Shown here in pieces: positions 9,465 to 21,550 of a stretch of 50,292 nucleotides of DNA. Each line of letters opens with the position of its first letter. The first letter of the stretch is position 1. The translations under genes were made by a program, and so were the position numbers. Source of the stretch: Octopus bimaculoides (lineage: Eukaryota); contig NC_068987.1 in NCBI RefSeq assembly GCF_001194135.2, positions 56,962,088-57,012,379 on the forward strand, written 5' to 3'. Under the pieces are notes generated by a model. It ran no database searches. It saw only the letters and a list, made by a program, of their open reading frames with translations, and was not told the DNA's origin.

Positions 9465-10620
9465 AGGTTGCTTTGCCCAAACGGTTTGGGGGCCTAGGTC
9501 TGTGCAAGTGCTTATCTCTATCTCTTCCCTGTTTCCTTTCCTCCATCCACGCTTGCTCCCCTTTTAGTAGGCAACACCCTCTCCACTCCGACATGGACAA
9601 ATTCCAACGAGGAGATGGATGAAGCTCTGTTACAGTGGAGAGAGCTGGGTTTGTCAGTTCTTGTTACAGTTGAGGACATTGCCCTCTCGCGCTTCCTCTT
9701 CTGGTTAGTCCCTTGACCATTAACGTCATGACCCTCTTCTTCCGGCTCATCCCCACAAGCAGAGAGTATGGGACAGTCTGCGTTCAGGTGCCACTTTCAA
9801 CTCTCTCCTTATCATGAACCTGATCAATTTTCAGGGTGTCACCTACTTTTTGCTAGTGCAAAATACTAGGGGTACTGGACTGATGCCCTGACTATGGCTA
9901 ACATTGGAGGCATACTCAGTCTAGATGAGCTCCGCATCTCCATTATACTCAGAGTAGGAGCTGACGTCTATGGAATTGAGATGTCGTCGTGGTAGGCCCC
10001 TTGATCTCACAGGTTTTCACGTTCTGTCTTGCTGCCTAAATGCTTGTCGTTTCGCTCGTCACACCGAGCTAAACTTAATCATTAAGCGGGCCCTGGCTCG
10101 GATTAACATCCTCTCAATTCTGAAGCCGGTGGAATTATCCAGAAGTGATGGGCAGAGACCAGCTGGTCTTACCCTCTGTCCCTGAGTAAAAGGTAAGCGC
10201 CTCATCTGAGACGCCACAGTCTGAGACAATTACTCCCTCCCACATCCTGGATGTTGCAGTAAATGGGAGGGTCACTGCTTCCGTAGCCGAACAGAACAAA
10301 ACGCTGAAGTATCGGGGTAGCTTGTGGTGTTTGAGACGTTTGGATGGGGATGGGCCGCTAACGGCGAAGTTCTTGTCATCATTGACAGCTCGCCTTATCC
10401 AGGTGTCAGGTGATGTCCATGGTGTTTGGCTTTCCCAACACCTTAACCTCGCCATCGCCTGTGGTAATGCCGCGAGCGTGCTGGCTTGCTTCACTAGGCT
10501 CCATTGAACCTTGTGGTGTGCGACCATTTGAAACACTAAGTGCTGTAATGATGTTTTCTTTCTCCCTTTTTTCTTTTTCTTTTGTAAAATATATTCCTTT
10601 TTATATTTTGAATAAAATGT
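9465..10620 (+). pseudogene. CRE-clade non-LTR retrotransposon 3' portion (RT C-terminus remnant, CCHC knuckle, restriction-like endonuclease)
   Basis: VALPKRFGGLGL at 9467. From about 9895: WL...GGILSLDELRISIILRVG..CRRG..LDLTGFHVLSC..RFARHTELNLIIKRAL..LKPVELSRSDGQRPAGLT..AEQNKTLKY..ETFG..LSQHLNLAIACGNAASVL, with stops and frameshifts. Confidence 0.85.
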
Positions 10621-12634
10621 ACTTCTTCTCTCTCTCTTTCTCTCTCTCTCTCTCAAAAAAATAAATAAATAAATAAACCTAAGCCACGTACCTACATATA
10701 TCCACACACATGGCGACCGTTATAGTCAGTCGCAAGTGTTCTAAACATTATACATATTGTAGCATATCTATATAAACGATACATAAATCTTTACATATTT
10801 TTGTAAACAGCGCTGTAACGATACACATGTAACGAAATGAATAATGTAATGTTTCAAAACAGTTCGCAAAAAAGCCAAACGCTGTTCAATATGTACATTT
10901 AAAAACAACCTGAAAGGAAAGATTACCCAAGCTGTGTGAACAGTTTTAAATTTAATTCTTACAAAACTATGTCGAAACTTTTAAAGAAGATCATTGCCTA
11001 GTTTGAAAAGCAAATACAAATATCAGTGACTAGACAAAATCATCATGGCTAACTTCTAAGTCTCCTTTGACCAAATCGTGACTACAATCACTGTATACAA
11101 TGGATCTACGATCTTAAAGATTTATATGAAGCATATATACAATATGATCCCCAAAAGTTTGGTATTATGCAAAGTCTAAAAATTTGTGAAACTCCAAACA
11201 CCCAGAATTAGATTTTTCTCCAAAACATTTAAATGAACAAGCAAAACGTGTCATTAGATATAAATTGATACGTCTAACGGAAATATCTGATTCAAAGCCA
11301 GCTGGCACTATAAAGCCAGCCATTGACAATAATCATCCCATTTCCACTGGTGATCAGACAGAACGGTCAGCTAAATCTAGCAGCAAACAACACACCAACA
11401 GTTTAACTGAAATCCATATCTATACTGTACAAACAAATGAACACCAAAAACTTGTCAACACATTACAAGTGATCTGGGATATGTTTCAACAGGTCCAGAA
11501 CCTTAATTTGAATGACCGACATCACAACACCAGTATAAGTAAATAACCCAGTAAATTACAATTAGAGGCAGTAAACAAAATAGCAAATATCTGAAGACCA
11601 CACAGTCTAGAAGTATGAAAACAACTTACAAAACCATTAAACTTTTGATATATGTCTCAGTTATTACATTACTAGTGCGTCACAAAGAGCTGAAGTCACA
11701 CAGTTGAAACTCAAACAGAAAGCCTGAACCAGCATGGGCACATAACTCAAAAAATAATTTTATTCCTGCAAAAAAGTATCTCACAGATCGTTGTAGTTAT
11801 GAAATATAACACAGGGAACAACTTCATCCAACATCAGTAAGACCTTAGACAAAAACTAGAGAGGTAATCTGGTGATACAGGATTCAAGAACTCCAAACTG
11901 CACCAGCTGAAATAACTTTCAACTACAGTTGAAAAATTAAAATAGAAATCTGCAATATATAAATAGCAAATGCTCAATAAATTATTTGCCTCTCCTCAAC
12001 TCCAAGAATAACCAAATCACCTCAGATAAAAATTACAACCTAACAGCCTGCTAGAACATCCTGTACAAATTATACACTGGGTACCTCAATCTGTTCTGTT
12101 CTTGCAGTATCATTGTACCACCAACAACATTATAACACCTGAGCAAGCTGAAGGAAAGGATGTGTAGGGTTGCATACAGTAGCTACTAATTAACAAAATG
12201 ATCCAGGAAAAAACAGTACAAAATTGCAGGAACTTAACCATAGTGTGACTGGACTTGAAGGCATTTGATAATATACCACATGGCTGAACTATCAAGGCAT
12301 TACAGCATAGCTTCCCAAAGTGGGCGATATCGCCCACCAGTGAGCGATTTCAACTTACAGGTGGGTGATAGGTGAATTTCTAGAAAATGGTGGGCGATTT
12401 GAGATTTTGGCAGGCGATATGAATGTTTTGTGGGTGACAATGAATTTTTAGAAATTAAGTTTGCATTTACTGATATCTAGGCAGGCCTAGATGCACTTTT
12501 ATCGATTTGACTACTCACATGAGATGTCCCTTTGTATTAAAGAAGCGAACTTGTTTATCAATTGAATATTTTTCTCACAGTCATTGAGATGGCTGTCATG
12601 CATGCTAAAAATAGCAGCCAAATAGGCCTAGGCC

Positions 12635-13000
12635 TTAAATCGCACTCCACTACAAAATTTTTCTTTTGGCATAATCGTTTGAAGTCAGAATTCAAATTTG
12701 CAAAAATTTCCTGAAGACTGAAAAATAAAAAAGTTATGAGGGGTTATATGTCGTGCGTAATTCTACGGTTTCATATCAAAACACGATGTTGACAAAATGT
12801 GCAGTTACACACAAAATGACAACTTTGAAATCGTATTTCTTGACTGGGTGAAAATGATCGAATGACTATACTAACCTCTATAACTTTTTAAAAACATTTT
12901 ACTGGAAAAAGTTGAATAACTCCAGCAATTTAGCTTGGAAAGGTATATTAATGTGCCAAATTTTAAAATTTTCGATAAACTTTAATTTTTGAAATGCTGG
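12635..13000. mobile_element. Probable MITE fragment nested in the hAT 5' region
   Basis: Starts TTAAATCGCACTCCAC. An AT-rich block is flanked by direct GCAGCCAAAT (12614-12623 and 13000-13009). No right TIR was recognised. Confidence 0.3.
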
Positions 13001-13179
13001 CAGCCAAATGGACTTGCTCCAGTAAAGACATGTCATTTGACTCTGCTCTATTGACTTCTTCTCTTTGGGAATATCATGCTGCCTTTCTGATGCTGTCCAT
13101 AGAAATTCGTTTTCACATTTTCACTTTACTGATGCCTCCAGCCAAGAAAATTTGCCGACAGTACTAGTAAACAAGAGAA

Positions 13180-14677
13180 GGACATATTGATTACATCGTA
13201 CAACATTGCATTGCTTGTTGCTAAGTCTCGGAAGTCTCACACAATTGGAGAAACATTACTTTGGCCGGTTATCGAAGGGATTTTGTCGTCCGTTATGCAT
13301 GAAAAACGTGATAACATTATGAAGAAGATCCCTGTCAGTAATAACACAGTTTCTTGAAGCATCAATGAAATGGCCAAGAATGTCAAACACCAGCTCATTA
13401 ATATTATCCAGTGTTCTGAATTTTCTATACAAGTGAATGAGTCAAGTGTTGTGGACAATCAATGTTTGATGATAGTATATGTTTGGTATTTCAGCGAAGA
13501 CCTTCAACCTTGTGAGGAAATGCTGTTCACAGAGAAATTTCAGCTTGATTCAAAAGGTGCAACTATTTTTTACACTCTCAAGTCTTTCCTTTTTGAATGT
13601 AGTATCCCACTCAGTAATTCTTGCCTGTGTGTCTGATGGCGCCCCTTCAATGATAGGAAGATACAGAGTTTTTCCATCTCTCCTAAAGCATGAAATTTCC
13701 CACCAGATACTAACTGTTTATTGCTTGGCACACCGGCAACATTTAGTGGCAAAAAATATGAACAGTAGGTTAAATGATGCACTACAGTTAGTTATCAAGA
13801 GTGTGAATAAATTCAAGTCCAGTCCCTTGTCTGATTAAATTTTCCATCAACTCTGTCTGAGAAATGATGAGGACCATACTAAACTCTCATACCATACCGA
13901 AGTGCGGTTGCTGTCAAAAGGAAACCGTATTTTACGCTTTGTTGAACTGTTTCATATAATCATATCTTTCTTTGAAGATACTCCAATATCCGCTTCATTG
14001 ATGGCTGCAAGGTGCGATATCTCTTTCTTTGTGATATATTCACAAAATTAAATGATTTGAATAAGTTATTGCAAGGAAACAGAAAGACTCTTGTTGATTG
14101 TAAATCATTTATCACTACCTTCATTTCGAAATTGGTGTTGTATAAGACTAACATTCCAAAATGTCGATTCCATCAATTTCCACGACTTGATTTTTTGAAA
14201 GATGAATTAGTTGATGAGGATTTAACTACATACCGCACCTATTTACTATCATTGCACAATAACATGGTGGAGCAATTTCAAGATGTTATTGCGCTGAATA
14301 TTCCAAATTGGTATAGCAATCCGTTTGAGGTCGATGCAGTTGATTGCGAGGAAGACATTCAGGAGGAATTGATAGAATTACAAAATGACAATGATGCCAC
14401 AATGCGATATCGCCGTAATGGCAAAGAAGGTTTGTGGTGCCATCAGAGTATATTGAATTCCTACCCCAGTCTGTGAAAACATCTGAAACTACTTTTGCTT
14501 GCCTTCCCTACCTCGTACCTGGTTGAATCTGGTTTTAATCATGCTGAAACTTTACTTTCCTATAAAAGAATTGGACTGGATGTGACACAACAAGGAGACT
14601 TGCAGCTAAATTTGACAAGTTTGAAACCGAATGTATCTGCACTAGCTACATCGCACCAGACACATGGTTCTCATTAA
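13180..14677 (+). pseudogene. hAT Buster-type transposase pseudogene
   Basis: HTIGETLL..PV, IPVSNNTVS*SINEMA, FSIQVNES, SDGAPSMIG, CLAHRQHL, HTEVRLLSKG, FLCDIFTKLNDLNKLLQG, AFPTSYLVESGF and HQTHGSH* are present, with in-frame stops and frameshifts. Confidence 0.9.
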
Positions 14678-15064
14678 AAAGTTTTATTCTGTTCCTTTAT
14701 AATACAATCATTGATTATTTTTGCATCGATAGTTCTGATCAATGGTTCATTTGAAGAAAATGAAAATCAGCATAAAAGAAAGCGCAAGTTTCCAGAAGTT
14801 AATCTGTCTGAACAAACGCATATTTAGTACAAATGGCACTAACAGGGCAAGGAGTCTACGATATAGTATGTATGTCAAATGATACAAGCGAGGTCCTGGG
14901 GGATTTTGAGGAGGTGGGGGGTGTCAGGGTTTTTTTTTACATAGGTGGGCGATGGAGCATTTTTTGGCCGATATGTGGGCGATAGTGCAATTTGCCGCAA
15001 AAAGTTTAGGAAACACTGTATTACAGTTAGTCAAAGTCCCACAACCACTAGTGAGTGCTATTAA

Positions 15065-15277
15065 TCCTTTAGCATTCAAACCAGCCATATCTGGCCAAAA
15101 TATTTAACCTGGTGAAACTAACCAGATCTAACCTCTAACCACAACCCTACAATGTCATTCTAAAACTAAACAATCACATCAGTAAAATCTCTAAACTACA
15201 AGATTATGCATAATTATTTTAAAACAATATGAATAAACAAATATTATATTTGACAGATTAATCTGAACATTAAAGGA
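15065..15277. mobile_element. TTAA-flanked piggyBac-like MITE (family 1) in the R4 RT
   Basis: TTAA at 15061-15064 and 15278-15281, with TIR-like ends (T)CCTTTAGCATTC. Removing it restores the R4 frame SAI-K-YLTKTW. Confidence 0.75.
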
Positions 15278-16253
15278 TTAAATACCTGACCAAGACTTGG
15301 TATACCACTTTGCTCCTTAGGACTAATAAAGAGCAAATTGAATTTGATAGCATTCACTACCAAAAAGGTGATGCCTGTTAGTGTTGCTCTTTATCCTCTC
15401 TCATTAAACCCACTACCACACCTGCTCACAAAAAATAGTGGCCATAGAAAGGGATCCAGAAGTATTTCCCATCTTTTTTTTGTCAATGACCTGAAACTGT
15501 ATGGACCAAATATCACCATATAAAAGTAATTGAATCCCATTACTTAATTTTCTACAGATATTGGAATGAGTTTTGACAAGTCCAGACGTACATTTTTGAC
15601 AATAAAATGTGGAATAATTAAGCTCTTTTCTGAAAACCTAAAAATGAATGGCTGGACAATACAATCCCTACAGTCAGGTGACAATTATAGGTATATTGGA
15701 CAAGATGAGAATGTCGGATATGATGGACCCATAAATAAGGAGAGGACCAGGAATAAATGTCTCAGAAGAGTAAAGAGAATGTGGTCATCAGACTCACAGC
15801 TTACAACAAAGATATTGCCTACAACACCTTTACAGTGCCTGTCCTCACACCTACATTTGGCCTTCTGAACTAATCACTACAAGAACTTGATGAGATTGAT
15901 GTTTGAACTTGCAAGCTGCTCAGTGTTACAGGAAACTTCAACATCAGTGGAGATGTAGACAGGCTACACTTCTTACACAAGGATGGTGGTTATGATCTCA
16001 AATCTATTGATGTCACATGAAGTAGATATTGTAACAATAAAACATCTGCAGCAGAGAAAAGACCAGTAACTATCATTACCTAGGTTTGTGACCCTGAAAT
16101 CAATAACATAATTAAGATAGCTACTGAACTTGAGGAAAGGTATGAAATAAGAGTTTATACAGATCTCTCTCCAAGGAACATTGGTAAAATCTATTTATCA
16201 GAAGAACCAAATAAAACAAATTGGACCTGTTCCCTGAGAAGATAGTACAAGGG

Positions 16254-16636
16254 TTGTTGTATTTGTTGTTAGCACTCCGTCGCTGGTTCCAGTCGATCCG
16301 ATCAACGGAACAGCCTGCTCGTGAAATTAACGTGCAAGTAGCTGAGCACTCCACAGACACGTGTACCCTTAACGTAGTTCTCAGGGATATTCAGTGTGAC
16401 ATAGTGTGACAAGGCTGGCCCTTTGAAATACAGGTACAACAGAAACAGGAAGTAAGAGTGAGAGAAAGTCGTGTTGGAAAAGTACAGCAGGGTTCGCCAC
16501 CATCCCCTGCCAGAGCCTCGTTGAGCTTTAGGTGTTTTCGCTCAATAAAAACTCACAACACCCGGTCTGGGAATCGAAACCGCGATCCTATGACCGCGAG
16601 TCTGCTGCCCTAACCACTGGGTCATTGCGCCTCCAC
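16254..16636 (-). mobile_element. tRNA-derived SINE (family C) with an RTE-like 3' tail
   Basis: The minus-strand head has A/B-box-like sequence (TGACCCAGTGGTTAGG; GGTTTCGATTCCC) and an (ACA)n tail. TSD AGTACAAGGG (16244-16253) / AGTACATGGG (16637-16646). Confidence 0.85.
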
Positions 16637-18064
16637 AGTACATGGGTACTTGGCACTAAAAACACAAACTATAGAAGAGATTGATCATATCAAATACTCG
16701 GCATGATGTACCAACAAGATAATGACATCCCACTTTGAAGGCTACTTCTATGCAATTCAAGAACAAGAGATCCCCACCAAATACCTACAGCAAAAGAGGC
16801 AGAAAATGTTGACAGACAACAAATGTAGGCTATGCAGAACCAAGCCTAAAGGCATGAACCATATTATTGCCAGTTGTAAGAAAATGTCTTCAAGATATTA
16901 TCTTCCTATGAGGTGTGATGTAGTGACCAGAATTGTCTGGAACAGGATAACAAAAAAAAAAAACACCTATAGACGAAATTGACTATATTGAGATCAATGG
17001 GTCAAAAGAATATTGGTGGAACTTGAAAATTAAACAACCACTAAATTAAAACATGACTGACCAGATATTGTTCTGTGAAACAACAAAGAAAAGCTATGTT
17101 ATGTTGTGGAAATCAGTTACCTTCTGGACAGCAATGTAGTTAGAAAAATACAAGAGAAAGAGGACATCTATGGACCATAGACAAAAAGTTTGTAAATCCA
17201 GAACCCAAGATACATTTTCAGCCTCATACCTATTATTATGGGAGCAACACAACACATACCAACCAGTCTGGAGCAAAGTATGGCTGAACTTGGATTCTTG
17301 GGGAGAGAACGCAAATCCTTAATTCATACACTACAAATGATTGCGATATCTGGGGCTATAGAAATCTGCAAGACCTTCAGATTTAAAGAATGATGAACAA
17401 AACAACATGCTATCTTTCATGACCTTGCTACCGAGTATGTGGCCAGTCAAAATTTGCTCCAGATCAATAGAAAGAGAATATACATAAACCGAATCGGGGG
17501 AAAAAAAAAAGATAAGCCATTTTCAGTTTATTGAGGTGGTGTGAGTGAAGAACGAACCGCTGCGCTGAGTGGTAAAGAGGGTTTTACGGAAATTGCCAAA
17601 CTAGGAGATAAAACGTGGTTTTCATTTTGACATGTGGGAGACCTTTTCCGGGGAAAAAACGTCACATAGGCGTTCATATGTCACTCTCTCTCTNNNNNNN
17701 NNNATGTCTTACCAAAAAAAAAAAAAAACATACTCAAGTACAAAAACAAGAGGACACGTAAGAAGTATAATAATTATTAACAACTTCCACTTGTTGATAT
17801 GACAAAGAAGGATGGCAGTTTCACCGCTCCTCTCTCCTGAATTGCTCACCCCTACATCTTTCAGCGTGTTTTGTTTGCATTGCATTCCTTTCGTTAAATG
17901 CTATTTTGTCTCTCTATCATTAATCTCATTGTAGGCCTATTCTATTTTACGGTAAAAAGCGGATGTAAAAATGATGGTGGTGGTGGTGATGGAGTTTGGG
18001 ATGTATATTATCTACATTTGAGTTACTTCTGATTATTATTATTAGTATGTTGTATATTTTATAA

Positions 18065-18320
18065 ATAATTGTGCGTTTGTTTGTGTCTTGTATCAATGCT
18101 TGTGGAGTGTTAAGAAAGACATTATTTCCGTGTAACCTTTCGAAGCGCCTCCCCCTATTGGGAGTTTTGTTTGTTATACTTTTTCTGTTTTCCTCACTGT
18201 TTACACGAACGTTTTCCTTTCGGACAAAACCCTTTGTAACCTTCGTCCTGTCTTTGTCCTTACATGTTTTTAATTTATATTATCCCTTGTGGCCAATAAA
18301 ACCAGAATTAATTATTATTA
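18065..18320 (+). mobile_element. Probable LINE 3' UTR fragment
   Basis: A T-rich block ends in CCTTGTGGCCAATAAA plus an (ATT)n tail. The family cannot be assigned from the sequence alone. Confidence 0.35.
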
Positions 18321-18429
18321 GTATCTTTTTTTTTTTTATTAAGACCCTCTATTGACATGGTCAGCTTTGCTTGGAAACTTACTACGGATTTACTTTCTCT
18401 ATTCTCATATATATATAGCGAGAGAGAGC

Positions 18430-18513
18430 GAGAATGTTAGTTATGGCCGGTTCATAGGGTTATACGGGGTTTCGCGTCCATAACCCTTTGAACCAGCCTT
18501 AACTAGCATTCTC
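18430..18513. repeat. 84-nt hairpin with a 34-bp gap-free stem
   Basis: 18430-18463 is the reverse complement of 18480-18513 with 4 differences (1 G-U and 3 mismatches as plus-strand RNA). The loop is 16 nt. Confidence 0.9.
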
Positions 18514-18604
18514 TAAATAGCTCTATAACTTAGAGCATGTTTCTCTTTCTGGATCTGATTTATGACAATGGGTATATATAGATTTACTGACAATGTATAT
18601 TATG

Positions 18605-18693
18605 TGGCAGTTGGGGGTGGGGACGAAGACAAACATAAAGACCACACATATACATACATTGGGGGTTGTCTTCGTCCCCACCCCCAACTGCCA
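18605..18693. repeat. Perfect 28-bp inverted repeat with a 33-nt spacer
   Basis: TGGCAGTTGGGGGTGGGGACGAAGACAA (18605-18632) has its exact reverse complement at 18666-18693. Confidence 0.9.
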
Positions 18694-18709
18694 GAGAGCA
18701 ATATATTGT

Positions 18710-18943
18710 TATCTTTTACTTGTTTCAGTCATTAGACTGCGGCCATACAGGGACGCCGGCTCAATGAGTTTTTGTCCAACGAATTGCCCCAGTACTTATT
18801 TCTTAAGTATTTATTCGATCGACCTCTTTAGAGGACCCGTCAAATTACGGAGTCATAAACTGGGGGCGATTCGTTGGACTAAAACTCATTGAGCCGGGGT
18901 CCCTGTATGACAGCAGTCTAATGACTGAAACAAGTAAAAGATA
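18710..18943. mobile_element. Fold-back element built from two inverted SINE-tail-like arms
   Basis: 81-bp arms at 18710-18790 and 18863-18943 with 5 mismatches; the outer 31 bp are perfect. The spacer is 72 nt. The arm start matches the TCTTTTACTTGTTTCAGTCATT tail of SINE family A. Confidence 0.85.
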
Positions 18944-19670
18944 AAAATTTATTGCTCTACCTTAGTCTTAGCTAACCTTAACTATTACTAACTTTTTCTA
19001 ACACTTTGCCTTCGTATCACTCTATCACTCTCTTCTCTTATCATTCTACCTGTATAACAAAGGATGGCGTTGTAATGGATCTGCCCACATTCAGTGCTTC
19101 CTGTTATTGTCATTTCTTGCTCACCGCCATTTCCTCTTATTTTACTCACACTTTTTTTAAAATTCTATAACAGTCTGTTGTTTACCTTCACCGTTGCTAT
19201 CCATCATTCTCTCATATTTCTCCCTCTCTCATTTCCACTAATTCCTTTCACTATCACACTCTCATCTTCGTCACTACTATCTATCAATCTCATATTACTC
19301 TCCTCTTTATTATTCATTGTTGACACCCTTCACACATGTGTCCGGACTCAAACATACATACACTCCCACTTCTATACCTGTAACTTACCTATCATTCTCT
19401 CTTCACATGGTATTCAGTCTCATTACTAACAATCGCTATCCGTCTCTTTCATTTCCTTTACGTTCTTCTTGATCACACCTGACGCTCCTCTTACAACGTA
19501 TCTCTTCCCATCACTTTCTCTCCCTTCTATCTCCTGGTGACGTGGCAACCCTCTATGCTGTTAGACAAACTATCAACGTAAGGTTGCGAGACGCTATCAT
19601 AGTAGCGGTACTACAATAAAATGTACCCAGCCTTAAGTAGTTAGTCAACGAAGGGAAACAACCTTAGGTA

Positions 19671-19884
19671 TTCTTTTCTACTCTAGGCATAAAGTCCGAA
19701 ATTTTGGGGGAGGGGGCCAGTCGATTAAATTGACTCAGTACGCAACTGGTACTTAATTTATCGAACCCGAAAGGATGAACGGCAAAGTCGACTTCGGCGG
19801 AATTTGAACTCAGAACGTAAAGACAGACAAAATGCCGCTACACATTTCGCCCGGCGTGCTAACGTTTCCGCCAGCTCGCCGCCT
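19671..19884 (-). mobile_element. tRNA-derived SINE (family B)
   Basis: Head GGCGGCGAGCTGGCGGAAACGTTAGCAC...GAGTTCAAATTCC, central GTCGACTTTGCC.TTCATCCTTTCGGG. Similar to 44760-44954. Confidence 0.85.
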
Positions 19885-21550
19885 TTGGGAAACAACCTAA
19901 GGTAGAATGAATTCATTAGTCTCGCCAGGGACTGCGCAACCTCTCTTCTTTCGGTGTCACGATAAGATGCACTCAGTACTTTCGGTAAAGTATTTACTGA
20001 CAGGAACGACATCCTNNNNNNNNNNNNNNNNNNNNNNNNNNNNNNNNNNNNNNNNNNNNNNNNNNNNNNNNNNNNNNNNNNNNNNNNNNNNNNNNNNNNN
20101 NNNNNNNNNNNNNNNNNNNNNNNNNNNNNGTCAAGTTGGTAGCATTGTACTTAATCCAATAAAGGAAATTTCTAATTTTTTAATTACAGAAGTGTAACCC
20201 CCACCATGAAATTGCTTCTTCAAAACTTTCAGAAAAATGTATATTCTAAATGAAATTTTCGGCAAAAACCTTTCAGATTGTGTAGATTCCAATTATATGA
20301 GAATTTGTGAAACATTTTTTTTTTTTTTAGCCTTGTGGGAGAGACAGAGAATAATATTGTAAGCTACATTTGTAGGTATTTGTAGAAAATTTCATTTAAT
20401 ACATACTGCAATGCGAAGAAAACAGCTCAAATGGCTAATGTTTTTTCATTTGATTTTGGTAAGTATGGTTGATTACCTCAGACATGTTCTAACCTTATTG
20501 GATCTCATCAGTGAAGTTTAGCATTCTCCATAGTTATCAAATTAGTGATAAGAGACTTCTTGTACAATAACTTGCATGAGGAGGCATAAAAATGATCATG
20601 ATGATGAATAGAAAACAACTTAATCATTATAATAATATTTCCTTCTCCACAAGGGTAGTGAACTAGCATACCAGACAAAATACTTAGTTTCATCTCTTCC
20701 AATTTTGCATTCTGAGTTCAAATTCCTCTGATGTCTTCTTTACATTTTATCCTTTCAAAGTCAATAAAATAAGTACCAGTTGAGCACTGAGGTTGATGTG
20801 ATTGACTATTCTATAATTATATTCTTTATATATATTCTTTAATTCTTCCAGAATTAAATGCCTTGTGCCCCTAGTAGAAAGAATTATTAATTAACTAGAT
20901 TTTTGTCTCTCACTATATTAAGCATGATGACTATTGTTTTTCTTATAGATCAGGTATCTACATAATTCTCTATTAACACTAACTCAATGACAGTTTGCTT
21001 ATCCAGCTACCTAGGGAGTCTTAATGCAGTCGCTTAAACTGCAAGAAATAGCAGCCAAATTTCCTTCAAATCATACCTCATTGTCTAATAAAAGAATGAA
21101 CACATTGAATATTATTGTCCAGTGTGTGCATGTGTGTGTGTGTCTGTGTATGTAAAAGGAGAGAGCAATAGAGAGTGAGGCTTACAGGGTCAGCAAGAAT
21201 CAGAATTAGACTTTGAACAAGAAAGATCAATAATTTCAGTGAAAAAAATAACAGGCTTTGTACTTGAAAATATGTGGACAGATACATGTACAGTAGCTGT
21301 GGCCTTAAACTTTCAGTGATAACAGTTAAAATACTATTAAGTTGAAGTAATAACATATGACATGATTGCATGCCTTTGTGTTTGTTTAAAGTTGAAGATC
21401 TCTATCACTGTCACAAGTTTCTCACTACTGTTGGCTTGTTCAGACATGTATACAATCACAAGTGGTAGGCTTGAAATAAATATGGACTGATCAATCAGCT
21501 TGAGTCATCAGCATCATCAGACGCTGCTGTAGCCCACACCTCCCACATGG

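Larger units (their letters stand above)
12306..15018 (+). mobile_element. Full-length hAT (Buster/Charlie, ZBED5/SCAND3-like) DNA transposon inserted in the R4 RT
   Basis: Ends are CATAGCTTCCCAAA and the reverse complement CAGTGTTTCCTAAA. The 8-bp TSD is CATTACAG (12298-12305) / TATTACAG (15019-15026) with a central TA. Subterminal GGGCGAT repeats occur at both ends. Confidence 0.88.
11030..17393 (+). mobile_element. Decayed R4/Dong-clade RLE LINE interrupted by three younger insertions
   Basis: RT motifs NY..TAC.NILYKLYTG, NNIITPEQ, LLINKMI, LDLKAFDNIPH, SLNPL, SHLFFVNDLKLY and DIGMSF. Then the CCHC (CRLCRTK...HIIASC) and the RLE (PDIV..VEIS..EKEDIY) to a stop at 17391-17393. The 5' boundary is approximate. 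Confidence 0.85.

Noticed and set aside
16560-16636. tRNA-like heads here and at 19820-19884, 39610-39680 and 41535-41606
   Set aside because: They run directly into SINE bodies and lack complete acceptor stems, so they are not tRNA genes.
19050-19540. Leu/Ser/Phe-rich ORFs (19094-19429; also 34374-35010) as membrane proteins
   Set aside because: They result from CT-rich low-complexity sequence.
21186-21371. Possible minus-strand exon ending in a gtaag donor
   Set aside because: No single clear acceptor, and the candidate frames are either low-complexity hydrophobic or stop before the donor.
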